A DNA stretch of 64,000 nucleotides from Selaginella moellendorffii (taxonomy: Eukaryota; Plantae; Lycopodiophyta). Positions within the stretch are counted from its first letter, which is position 1; every line of letters starts with the position of its first letter. A model generated the notes under the pieces. It ran no database searches. It was not told the DNA's origin and saw only the letters and a list, made by a program, of their open reading frames with translations. Position numbers and translations under genes: made by a program. The DNA lies in assembly GCF_000143415.4 (NCBI RefSeq), contig NW_003314428.1:79011-143010 (forward strand), written 5' to 3'. Positions 48,671 through 61,500 of this stretch are shown here, piece after piece.

Positions 48671-50716
48671 CTAGTTGAGAAACTGGTCAATGGCCTTCTC
48701 TACATCAATCTCTGAAACCTGGATGATGGACTGATCCATGATATCACCAGAGTGCAAACACGCTTTAAGCTTGCTCACATGGAACATTGGATGAATCTTC
48801 GAACTAACTAGCAATTCCAAAGTGTAAGCAAGATCCCCCACACGCTGTAAAATTGTCCAAGGCCCACAATACTGTGGAGACAACTTAGCACTGCCACCTC
48901 CTTTCGGAGACCGTTGTGCATCTAACAGCTTAAGGAAAACCTTGTCACCAACTTTGTACTTTTGACGACGACGATGCTCATCAGCTAATCTTTTGTCTCA
49001 CTCTTAAGCTTGCCTCATGCTCAACGTTGTCAACTCAAGCTTGTCTTGCATATCCTCCAGGAAATCACAAGCATGAGGTATCTGAAACAAAGCTAAACTC
49101 AAACTCACGGGAGACCTAGGCTTATAGCCATACATCGTGACAAACGGCAACACCAACATCACGACAAACGGCCACCAAAGAAAGAAAGCAATACGGCTTT
49201 CTCACATGACAATACGGTCATGGAAACAAGAGAATGAGAATAAAACAAACGACTCAAATCATATAGAAATACGGCTATAGAACTCAATTTTCCCCTTCCT
49301 CAGGAATGTCATCCAAGTTGTAACCAAAACTCAAAAACACTCTCTTTACGTCATCCTCAGTTTCCCATATAGCTTCGTTCATGGAATAACCATTCCACTA
49401 AACTAACAACTCCCTAGTCTTTCGGCATGTTTTCACCAATCTTTGAGCAAGAATATTGGCTGGACCAGCCTTCTCTGCATCAATCTTTGAGACCTGGATG
49501 ATGGACTGATCCACGACATCACCAGAGTGCAAAAATGCTTTAAGCTTGCCCACATGGAACATTGGATGAATCTTCGAATTGGCTGGCAAGTCCAAAGTGT
49601 ATGCAAGATCCCCTGCAAGTTGTAAAATTGTCCAAGGTCCACAATACCGTGGAGACAACTTAGCACTGTTACCTCCTTTCAAAAGACCATTGTGCATCCG
49701 ACAGCTTAAGGAAAACCTTGTCACCAACTTTGTACTCTTGATGACGCCGATGCTCATTAACCAATGTTTTGTCTCGCTCTTGAGCTTGCCTCATGCTCAA
49801 ATTTGCCAACTCAAGCTTGTATTGCATATCCTCAAGGAAATCACAAGCATAAAGTACCCGAACCAAAGCCAAATTTAAACTCATAGACCTAGGCTCATAT
49901 CCATACATCGCTATAAAGGGAGACATGCCAATAGTTGATTAATGAGCGCTATTGTGAGCAAACTGAAGCAAAGGCAAATACTTCTCCCATACTCCTTGTC
50001 GAGTCAAGTTTCCCACAAAAGACATTAGCATATTTTCTAATAACTGATTCATGCGCTCTGTTTGCCCATCAAATTGTGGATGCTCACCACTACTCATGCT
50101 CAGCTTAGTCTCTAGCTTCTCAAAGACCATTTGCCAAAACTTGGACATGAACTTGGGATCCTGATCACTCACAATGTCACCCGGCAAACCATAGAGACTA
50201 AATAACTAGTCTACAAACAACTGAGCAAGTTCAGAAGCTTTTATCATCATCTTCATACGGAAGAAGTGAGCCATCTTTATCAAATGATCCACAACAACCC
50301 AAATAGCATCATTTCCTTGAAAGGTTTTGGGCAAACCAGTGATAAAGTCCATTGAGATGCTATCCCATTTATTCTAGGGTACATGTAAAGGATGATAGAG
50401 GCTAGCAAGCTTTTGATGATCAACTTTGACCACTTGGCAGGTCAAACAACCACGTATGTACTTCTCAACATCTGACTTCATTCTAGGCCAAAAGAAATGC
50501 CTCTTCACCAACATATACGTTCTCAATACCCCTAGATGCCCAGCACTTGGCACATCATGACGCTCAACCAAAATTTGTTTGATGAGTTTGTCAACACGAG
50601 GAACCACTACATGTCCTTTCTTCATCAGAATTCCATCGCGTATTTCAAATGATGCAAACTTGTCACCCTTAAAATCTGTAGAGGTGTCCCTCAACAAAAC
50701 CTTTGTGCGAATATCA
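48671..50716 (-). pseudogene. Ty3/Gypsy chromovirus integrase + chromodomain relic, with duplicated integrase C-terminus
   Basis: HHCC (HDVPSAGHLG..CLTCQ), ISMDFI..L, IVSDQDPKF, HPQFDGQTER, PRYCGPWTIL..IHPMFHV (twice: ~48700-48900 and ~49500-49680). Chromodomain-like ILAQR..RELLV*WNGYSMNEAIWE at ~49350-49460. Confidence 0.9.
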
Positions 50717-51202
50717 TGTAAGCTCCTGGGTTTGAACTTCCCGGGAGGTCACCCAGCCCAGTACTATTTAAACCCAAGGATGCTTAACCCCAAATATCCC
50801 AAGACCCTTAACCGATTAGAAAAGGGGGTGCACTCTTATTTATGGGCCCTTTTCCTCTATATTTGAACCCCATGGATCGTCTCTTGAGTCATTCCTTTTG
50901 GTTGCTTATAATCCACCACGCTTCCCTGCAAGTTCACGCCCTCGTGAACGGAAGCTAAGAGCCGCAGCTCTCCCGAGAGCCCCACTCTCTTGACACGCTA
51001 CCCCTTGGGTCGAGCCCAATGGGAGCAAACTGGACCAGCCAGAAGTCAATCAACATGTGGTGTGATTCCCCTAGCCAACCAACAGAGTCGGACCCGAGAC
51101 AACTCTGATACCAAATGTAAGCTCCTTAGTTTGGACTTCATGGGAGGTCACCCACCCCAGTACTATTCAAACCCAAGGACACTTAACCCCGAATATCCCA
51201 AG
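50717..51202 (-). mobile_element. TRIM-like element with family D LTRs (5' LTR truncated)
   Basis: LTR 50717-50910 and partial LTR 51116-~51202 are reverse complements of 51233-51426. Reverse PBS CTCTGATACCA at 51103-51113. ~205-bp interior. Confidence 0.75.
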
Positions 51203-51232
51203 TTGATTGTAAGCAAACAAAGCATGGTGGAT

Positions 51233-54200
51233 TGTAAGCAACCAAAGAGAACGACTAAAGAGACACTCCATGGGGTTCAAATATAGAGGGAAAGAGCCCA
51301 TGAATAAAAGTGCACCCCCTTTTCCAATCGGTTAAGGGTCTTGGGATATTTGGGGTTAAGCATCCTTGGGTTGGAATAGTACTAGGTTGGGTGACCTCCT
51401 AGGAAGTTCAAACTCAGGAGCTTACAATTTGGTATCGGAGCCTTTTTTTCAATTCTAGTGAAGGATAAAGGCGGATTGCTAGGAGATGGCAAAGGCAGGG
51501 CAAAAATGAACCAAGGCGGAGACGGAACCTTTTCCAGAGCTGGAGCCTCCAGTTGAACAAGAGGCTATGGATGAGGAATCTTGGCATGAGGAGGACTCAA
51601 GTGAGGAAACTTCCAAACAGGAGTTCGGTGGTGAGGTTCGGTCGTCCAAGGCTCGATTGGACGTTCTAGAAGGACAATTGGCACAAACCAATACCTTGCT
51701 GGAGACTCTCGTACGTAAGCTAAAGTGTGATGAAAAGTGGGATAAAAGGTGAAAGACTGCGGATGCTGACAGCACAGAAGGTGCGGACCCTTCGGCAGGG
51801 ACTGAGGCAGAACCAAACAAGGTTGAACAGACTGAAGTGGAATCAGTCCCTTAGGCCGTTCCCAAGTACAAACCAAAGCCCCCACCGGTCTTCAAGGGAG
51901 TGAACGACTATAAGGTGGTGGAGGATTGGTTTTACGATATGGAGGACTACCTTCGAGCGTTGCGGTTACCGAGCTCGGAGAAGGTTCCATGTGTAAGTCT
52001 TGGTGGAGAACGATAGAGGCCAATGAAGGACCGGTGGCCACTTGGGAAATGATGAAGGTGACGATCCGCAACCGAAGTGGAATCAGTCCCTTAGGCAGTT
52101 CCCAAGTACAAACCAAAACCCCCACTGGTCTTCAAAGGAGTGAATGACTATAAGGTGGTGGAGGATTGGTTTTACGATATGGAGGACTACTTCCAAGTGT
52201 TGTGGTTACCGAGCTCGGAGAAGGTCCGATGTGCAAAATCATACTTGGCAGATAATGCTAAGTCTTGGTGGAGAACGACAGAGGCCAACGAAGGACTGGT
52301 GGCCCTTGGGAAATGATGAAGGTGAGGATTCGCGCGACTTACATTCCTCCGAATGTTACTAAGCATCTAATAGACAAGCTGAGTAAGTTGAAGTAGACCA
52401 AAACCATTCAGGAGTATGTGAATAGGTTTATGGCAAAGAGGATACTTGTCACGGATATGGGGTATATGGATGCGTTCCATGCCTTCATATCAGGCTTGCA
52501 AACCTGGGCATGAAGGCAGGCTTGCAAACTTGGGCATGAAGGCAGGCTTGCAAACCTGGGCATAAAGGCAGGTTTGCAAACCTGGGCTTGCAGTGAGGTG
52601 ATGCGTTGGAACTTGACTAACTACAAGGAAGCATTGGATGCAGCCATCAAGATGCATTTCAATGATAACCTGCGAAAGGGGAACACGACGGGGTCGGGGT
52701 CCACGTTTAGCAAAGGGGCCAAACCAAGGGGAACATATAGCAAAGGGAAATTCAGGAAGGGTTTCTTTAAGAATGAGTTCTTGGGGTTCCAAAAAGGCAA
52801 ATTTAGTGGCCAGCGAGCAAGTACGTGGGGGAGTCAAGCAAAAAGAGACAAACCCATAGATAAGAAAGTTAAATTTGTTAGCAGCGTGGGAAACAACATA
52901 TGCTACAACTGCGGTGAAGCGGGACACTTTTCGAGGGAATGTCCCTTCCCAAAGAAGGCCAAAGCCAATATGGCCATTAAGTCGAGTGAAATCCAAACTG
53001 AGGTATGTGATCCAGTTCCTAACTCAGAGTTACTCATTACACGAGCAACTTTGGTAGAGAGTCATTTGCGACATCTACTAGCCCTCCGAGGGAAGCTCGA
53101 AGGTAGCTTTGTTAAGATCCTTATTGATACGGGTGCTTCGGATAATTTTGTGGCTGCAGACATAATTTGGCAAGCCAGACAAATGGTGCAATGGCTGGGT
53201 GAACCAAGGACGATAGAGTTTGTTCAAGGTAGCCAAAGCACCGATGAGATATTTCAACAAACGAGAGTCGAAGTGGGGATATGGAAAGTAGATATGGATT
53301 TCACCGTATTGGACATGGTGGGATTTGAAAATCTTTGGGATGGATTGGTTCAATTGGTTCGTAGTAGCCCTGCATGGACAAGGGAGGAACCTTGTGGTAT
53401 TGGCAAATGCCCGGGGAGAACGATCCAGGGTGGAGGCCCAGGATCTAAAGGTAGGGCAATGTAAGGCCAAAGACTCCTGCTTAAACCTGGTGTCCATGAA
53501 AGGACAACTCACTAAAGGAACCAAGGCAGCTTTTTTATGCTTACTCTTGGTGAAGAGTGACAAAAAGACGAGAATGGAAAAAGTACCTTTAGTGATCCAG
53601 CAGGTGTTGGACCATGCTAGAGGAGCTACTGATGGGGTTGCCCCCCGCATGACCGATAGAACATAAGATTGAGCTGGTCGAGGGGGCTAAGGCGGTGGTT
53701 TGCCCCCCCCTATTGTTTGAACGAAAAGGAACTTGAGGAGCTCAAGTGCCAACTAGAAGAGTTGGTGGACAAAGGGTATGTTAGGTTGAGCAAGTCGCCA
53801 TATCGGGCACCAGTGTTATTTGTGAAAAAGAAATATGGATCTATACGCATGTGCATAGACTACCGGTTGCTCAACAAGTATACAAAGAAGAACAAATACC
53901 CTTTGCCAAGGATTGAGAACGTGTTCGATAGGTTGGGAAAGGCAAAATACTTCTCGAGGATCGACCTAAGGTCAGGATACTACCAGATTAGGGTAGCAGA
54001 GGAAGATGTCGAGAAGACAACCTGTCAAACAAGGTATAGGAGCTTTGAGTTTCTGGTGATGCCCTTCGGGCTATGCAATGCGCCGACAACAATTTTAGCG
54101 TTAATGAACCACATCTTTGTACCCTATCTAGATCACTTCATGGTTGTCTATATTGACGATATCCTAATCTATACCGAGACTAGAGGATCATGCCAAACAC

Positions 54201-55309
54201 TTGACAAAGGTGTTTGAGAAACTAAAGGAACACAAGCTGTATGCTAAAGAGAGCAAATGTGACTTTGCTCAATAAGAGGTAAAGTTTCTTGGGTATGTGG
54301 TGGGCAAGGATGGGCTCAAGGTGGACCCTGAGAAGGTCCAAGTGATCTAGGAATGGGAGCGACCATCGAATGTATATGAGTTGAGGGCATTGTTGGGGCT
54401 ATGCAACTACTACCAAAAGTTTAACAAACACTATTCGAGAATAGCTCTACCGTTGACGGACCAAACAGGTAAAGGGAAGATGGTTTGGACAGCAGAATGC
54501 GAGGCGGCATTTGTCCACCTCAAAGGGAAGTTGAGGAAGACCTCGTGTTGGCGTTACCCGACTTTGGTAAGGACTTTGAGGTAGAAACGGATGCTTCGGA
54601 CTTTGTGTTGGGTGCAATTTTGAAGCAAGACAACCATCCAGTGGCGTTCTTCTCGAAGAAGTTGGACAAGGCTTAATGGAAGTGGCCTGCCCACGAGAAG
54701 GAATTGTTTGCGGTGGTCAAGGCACTCAAGGAGTGGAGACACTACCTTGGGAGACACTTCAAGGTTTACACGGACAATGTGGTAATGAAACACTTCTTGT
54801 CACAACCTGACTTGAGATGGAAACAAGGTCGGTGGGCCAATGCTTTGGCTGAGTTTCATTGCGAGATTCTGTAGAAGCCTGGGAAGAGCAACATCGTGGC
54901 AGATGCTCTAAGTCGAAAAGCGAGCTTGAAGTTGGTGATATCCAGCACAACAACAACCTTTTGGGATGATGTGCGGACAGCATATGAGAACGATGGTCTA
55001 GTACAAGAAGTGTTGCCGAGGAATCTAGAGGCGTGGGAAGCTCACCAGAGAGGTGAACTGCCAACGGAAGAGAAAACAAGCTATGTAGAATGCAATGGAC
55101 TCATCTATTATAAACAAACAAGGGTGTATGTTCCAAAAGGGGAACTAAGGAAGGTAGCCTTAGAAAAGTGTCATGACAGACCTCTTGCAGGACACAGTGG
55201 AGTGTCCAAGATAATAGGCTTACTCAAGAGGAAGTATCACTGGCCAAATATGGCTAAGGACGTTCAAGACTATGTAAAGATATGTCCAACATATCAGCAG
55301 GTCAAAGAC
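51233..55309 (+). mobile_element. Ty3/Gypsy retrotransposon, family D (194-bp LTR, gag-pol pseudogene), truncated in integrase
   Basis: LTR 51233-51426. PBS TGGTATCGGAGC 51430-51441. Gag with ~240-bp duplication and CYNCGEAGHFSREC knuckle. Protease [38 protein letters not shown]. RNase H ETDASD. Integrase Zn finger HDRPLAGHSG..C. Frameshifts and stops. Confidence 0.93.
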
Positions 55310-55570
55310 TGAGTTCGAGTACTAATATAGGTCGAGGGGTGAAAGCCCAAAGCGTGTGTTTCCCAGAGGGGGGGGGGGGCGGGGGGAGGGGTTGCAGGGG
55401 GTTCCAAAAGTATAGTAGGGATAGTGAGATCCATGAACCAGTTTTGAAGAAACTCTCCAATGGTGCTTCCAAACTGACTTGAGGTTGAGACTAGGGCCAA
55501 GGGGCCTTGGGTGGGAGTGAGCATGGACTCGGGTGGTGCCAGAGGGGCCACCCAAGGAAGTCCTCAAGAG
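55310..55570. repeat. Family C LTR fragment
   Basis: Reverse complement of ~15148-15400. Cut on the right by the family B copy 2 insertion. Confidence 0.75.
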
Positions 55571-58500
55571 TGTAAGCGACTAATTTTTTCATTCTACTTT
55601 AGTCACTTAATCGCACTTCTAACCACTTGAAGGAGTCTCATTCACAACCTCCATAAGTCCCATTCAGAACTTGCGGATTGCTAGCCCTGCAAATGGCATC
55701 CACGCCACTCAACTTTTGCACTTGGCCCAAGTGCTCCACGTGTCCGATCCCATGACCGACACCCCAAGGTACCACTGACATACCAGCCCGTTACGCTAGG
55801 CCATGCCCATTCACCTTGGTCACATCGGTGGTCCAACACCACCTACATTACAATCCCATCTCTCAAAGACTAGGCCATCCATCCATGAGTGGCTATCCCA
55901 GATCCACTCCATAGCATCCTCAGGATGCCTGTAGACATGGGGAATAGCCTTCCCCAATGTTTCCTTTCCGGTCCCTGCCAAGTCTCTTCCTATCCATGGC
56001 CGTGTTCACCAACACTGCCACTGGATCAAGGCCCACAGGCCCGACCACTAAGTCCAACTGTCCTCTAGGACTTCCTTACTATGTGACTGTGTCCCTTGTC
56101 ACCACACTAGAGGGCTACTCCTCTTCCTTTCCACAGTCTGGGACTTTGGGAAAACATTTCGGAACACCGTGGCCTTACGCAAGCCTTGGGGGTACTCTCC
56201 CCACCTTCCGCCTTTGGGTGCTCTAGCCATGGGCTTAGAGCGAGGTTCCGTTGAGCCACGCCTAGTATCCAAGTAGGTAGTGCCACCCACACTTGGACTG
56301 GGAGCATCGGCCAGTCGATCTCCCGGGGGAACTAGAGTCGGCTCTTGAACACTTCACCAAGCTACCCCACTTGTCGGTCTGTATTCACTCTAGTCTTGGA
56401 CTTCCCAGTGGTCAGTTCATCACCCAACACTGGGTATGGCCTTCCTGGGCCAAACTGGCCTTCCCGGGGCCAAACTGGCCCTTCCTGGCCAAACTGGCTC
56501 CACTGGCTCCAACCCCCACACTCTCCCTACTATACTTTTGGAACCCCCCGCAGCCCCCCCCCCCCCTGGGGGACGATCGCTTTGGGCTTTCACCCAACTG
56601 CCTGTATTAGTATTCGGACTCGGACTTGGGCTCGAACTCGGACTCGGACTCAGTCTCAATCCCGGTTTCAGACTCGGACTCGGTCTCGGTCTCAGCCTCG
56701 GTCTTGGTCTCGGTCTCGGTTCCATCTCGGACTCCATCTTGGACTCCATCTCGGGTCCATCTCGGGTCCATCTCGGACTCCATCTTGGGTCCATCTCGGA
56801 CTCCATCTTGGACTCCATCTCGGATTCCATCTCGGGTCCATCTCGGACTCCATCTTGGACTCCATCTTGGACTCCATCTGGGGTCCATCTCGGACTCCAT
56901 CTCGGGTCCATCTCAGACTCCATCTCGGACTCCATTTCGGGTCCATCTCGGGTCCATCTCGGACTCCATCTCGGACTCCATTTCGGGTCCATCTCGGACT
57001 CCAGCTCGGGTCCATCTCGAACTCCATCTCGGACTCTATCTCGGGTCCATCTTGGGTAACTTTTTGGAGCCTCGCTTATTGCTCGCTTCGTGCTCGTTCC
57101 TCGAGCACTTCGTTAGGAGTTCCACTCCCACTCTCAACCTTTTCAAGTCGGAGCTTTTTAGTTCAAACGTGTTACGCTCGTTTGGTTTTCGCTTCGGCCA
57201 CCACCACATGGCACCCTTCCAGCGCCACCTTGGGGCCTATGGATTTTGTGTCTCACAGCACCATCATCCTCTTTTCGATATCGTGCCACCCTTGGCACTA
57301 AGTTCTAGCTATCGTAATTCGTGCTAGGGCTGTCCATGGCCCTATCATTTGGCTACTTTACCACTCCATCCCTTGGAGCTTCCCCCTTCCCCAAATCGGA
57401 GCAATTGGGAACTTATCCTTGGAAACACATTGCTTTCTGATAACCCGTTAGCATCCAACACATTAGTGTTCTTGGACTAACTTTGCCATTTGGCTTTTAT
57501 CCCATGATTCCCATGGCCCTTTTCTAAGCCACTAGTCTTTTGCTCCTATCCTTGATTGTTGCACCACGCAACACAGGATCGTCACCTCCATTCTCGAGGT
57601 ATTCTTTCAATTCCATAGCAAAGACTTTGCTTTGCCAAGTCCAGAGGGTGTTCACCCCTAGTACGTCTCTTTAGCACTTTTTGTTATGGGCTCTATCATG
57701 GCCCAACTTTGAGACCCTCCGATGGATCTCTTATAGAAACTACTTTCCTTGGACTTATTATGCCATCACATTGACATAGCTCATTTCCCTTAGGTGTTCC
57801 TCCCACTTGGTCACCAATAGTTCCAATCAACACTTTGAACTTGGAACTTTATCCCTTAACCTCACAAAGACCTTGTCCTTGTTTTTGGCCATAAGATCAC
57901 CTAGTGATCTAACCTTGGCACCTTAATAGGTTTGCCAATGGGTGCTAGGTCTTCCAGACCTTTAAGTTGTTGACCATGACCCCGGGGGCATCCCCCACAC
58001 TTAGCGGTGCACCCAAGCCAGCCCTTCCGGCCAAGGGTCCATGGCAACTAAGACTAGGTGTCCCCATCTCATTCACCACGTCCTTGGTGCCACTTGCACC
58101 AAAGTGTTCAAGTTAGATATGTCGAGCTTTCACACTAAGCAATCTAACGGTGCATCACGACTCCGAGGCATCTCTCGCTTGGCGGTGTGCCCAAACCAGT
58201 CTCCCCACTGAGAGTCCATGACCACCGAAATATGAGTGTCCTCATATTCCAAACCATCACCACGCCCTAGTGAGTTGGGACTCGAACCCAAGCACTAGAG
58301 GGTCGGGACTCGAACCCAACCTCAGTATATGCATATACGGACGGCATCACATAGGATGCCTAGCGTGACTCCCCACGCCGGTGCACCAACTTATACTTGA
58401 AGCGTGTTATAGATCACAGCTTAGGAACCTAGTTCCTCCACACTGCCAAGTCCTCTCACTTGACATGTCTGTGATCATGCATGGACTCCTCCATGCTCGG

Positions 58501-61500
58501 CCCCATTAGCCACCCCTTTGAAGTTGGCTTCTTCAACTAGGGTATTCGTTCCCCCGACTTGCCAATCTCACTTAGCAAGTCATCCGGCCATCGTAACATG
58601 GTTCATGCATAAGCGTGAAAGTCCTTAACCATCGACTTTTGTTCAAAGCCCTCTCTTTGAACACTCGGGATCTACTTCCCTAACCTTGATAGCCTTGCCT
58701 CTTGGCAAGCTTCAAAACCACGCTTCTGCTGCGCCACTCTGATTTCGCGTGCTCTATAAACTATTTACACTTGGATGTCTAGGTATTTATCTACCTAGGG
58801 GAATGTTCAAGGAACTCTGTTCCTTAGCTTGTTAAGGTCTCTCCATTTGCAAGCTTTCCAATTACCATATACCCTAACATGGACAATCCCATGCTTTATA
58901 CTCTCCATGGCATCCCGGTCGCTATTAACAACATGCTTGAGCACCGTCCACAGCCCTATCCTTTGGCTACTTTGCCGCTCTTTACTTGGAGCTTTTTACT
59001 TTGCCAAATTGGAGCATTTGGGAATCTATCCTTGGAAGTCCACTTCCTTTCCCGCAATCCGTTAGCATCAAACACATTAATGTTCCTTGGCTAACTTTGC
59101 CATTTGGATTCCCCCTATTAAATTTCATGGCCCAAACTTGGCCATTAGTCTTTTGCTCCTATCCATTGATTGTTGCATCAAACAACACAGGATCACTACC
59201 TCCCTCCTTGAGGTATTCTTTTGGTTCTATGGCAAAGCTCCACTTTGCCAAGTCCAAAGGGTGCTCACATCACCCCTAGTAGGTCTCTTTAGCATTTTCT
59301 GCTATGGGCCCCTTCCACGGCCCAACTTTGTGACCCTCCTATGGGTCTCTCTTAGAGACTACTTTGAACTCACAATACTATTGTATTGTCGTAGTTCATT
59401 TCCTTAGGTGTCCTTCCCACTTGGTCACCTTGACCAAGCCACACCATTATCAATAGTTCAAATCAACGCTTTGAACTAGGAACTTTGTTCCTTAACCTCA
59501 CAAGGAACAAAGTCCTTGTTTTGGCCATAAGATCACCTAGTGATCTAACCTTGGCACCTTAACTGGTTTGCCAATAGGTGCTAAGTCTCCTAGACCTTTA
59601 AGTTGTTGACCATGACCCCGGGGGCATCCCCCACACTTGGCGGTGCACCCAAGCCAGCCCTCCCAGCTAAGGGTCCATAGCAACTAAGACTGGGTGTCCC
59701 CATCTCATTCACCACGTCCTTGGTGCCACTTGCACCAACGTGTTCAAGTTAGATATGCCGAGCCACACTAAGTAATCTAACCGTGCATCACGACTCTAGG
59801 GCATCCCCCGCTTGGCAGTGTGCCCAAGCCAATCTCCTCATTGAGAGTCCATGACCACCGAAATATGAGTGTCCTCATATTCCAAACCATCACCACACCC
59901 TAGTGATTTGGGACTCGAACCCAAGCACTAGAGGATCGGGACTCGAACCCAACCTCCGTATATGCATCTACAAAAGGCATCATCCAAGATGCCTGGCGTG
60001 ACTCCCCACGCTGGTGCACCAACTTATACTTGAAGCGCGCTACAGATCACAACTTAGGAACCTAGTTCCTCCGCACTGCCAAGTCCTCTCACTTAACATG
60101 TCTGTGATCATGCATGGACTCCTCCATGCTCGGCCCCATGGCCCACCCTTTTTGAAGTTATCACCTTCAACTAGGGTATTTGTTCCCCTGACGTGCCAAT
60201 CTCGCTTGGCAAGTCCTCCGACCACTGTAACATAGTTCCTGCATAAGCGTGAAAGTCCTTGACCATTGACTTTCGTTCAAAGCCCTCTCTTTGAACACTC
60301 GGGAACTACTTCTCTAACCTTGATAGCCTTGCCTCATGGCAAGCTTCAAGACCACGCTTCTGCTGCGCCACTCTGATTTCGCGCATTCCATGAACCATTT
60401 ACACTTGGCCTTTCTAGGTACTAAGCTACCTAGAATCGTCTTTGGGAACCTTGAAGGAACTCTGTCCCTCAGCTTGCTAAGGCCTCCCTTTTCGCAAGCT
60501 TTATAGTTGCCATATAGTCTAACATGGACAATTCCATATTTTAGACTCTCCATGGCATCACAGTTGCTAGCAACAACATCCTCGAGCACCTTCTCGATTC
60601 TCCACTCCCAACTTGCACAACCACCGTTGGATATGCCCTTTGATTTCTATGGTTCAGTTCCATCCCAATACTACTTGCCTTTTGGCCGATATGTTTCCTT
60701 CGGTTATTCTCCTCCAGACTAGGAGGATAGCTTTGCACATTTTACTATGCCTTAGCAAGTATCCATAGGGATGAACCTACCCGATAGCATAGGGAGTGGT
60801 TCCTCAATCTTGGGCATGCTCACCTTATAATCCCACATATCGGGATTAACGTTGCTGCTTATGGGCCTTTACATGCCCATCACTAGCCTTGCCAAAATTC
60901 CATTTTTGGCTTTGTTCAATTCGGGTAGACAGTCTTCTCCTGTCTCCACAACCTTGGACATTTGGATAGCACCTACTATCCATCATTCGCTAGGGATTTA
61001 GTCCCTTGGGCCTTATCTATTGCCCTTGCGACACGAAACACCACCTCCTGGTGTTCTAGAGTGTTTGGGTGTCCCAATGATGGCCTCCTGACAATAAGCA
61101 TTCTCGTTTACGACATTGACTTACTATATTGCAACATAAGCAATTATCCCTCGTAAGGGCATATCTAACTTCCTTATGCCATTAAGAAGTCTTGGGTAGC
61201 TACCTTCTACCCATTTAACCAATTATCTTGCACCTCTTGCTTAGTTGCCCCATAATTGTCAAGTCCTACAACTCATTGCTTGGTGCTTCCACACCTCCAT
61301 CATTATCTGGGTCACCACACTCTAGCCGCATGCCTTCTAGCATAGGCTATGCTATTCCTATTTCCCTTGGGATTCCTTTGGAAGGGGTTCTCATAAACCT
61401 GCCAACTTGACCTCAAGGTAGCATGCCTTGGCACCTTCGGTGTCTCCACACCATCGGCTCCACGAGCCTACCTTTATGACACTTCTTACTTGTGTCTAGG

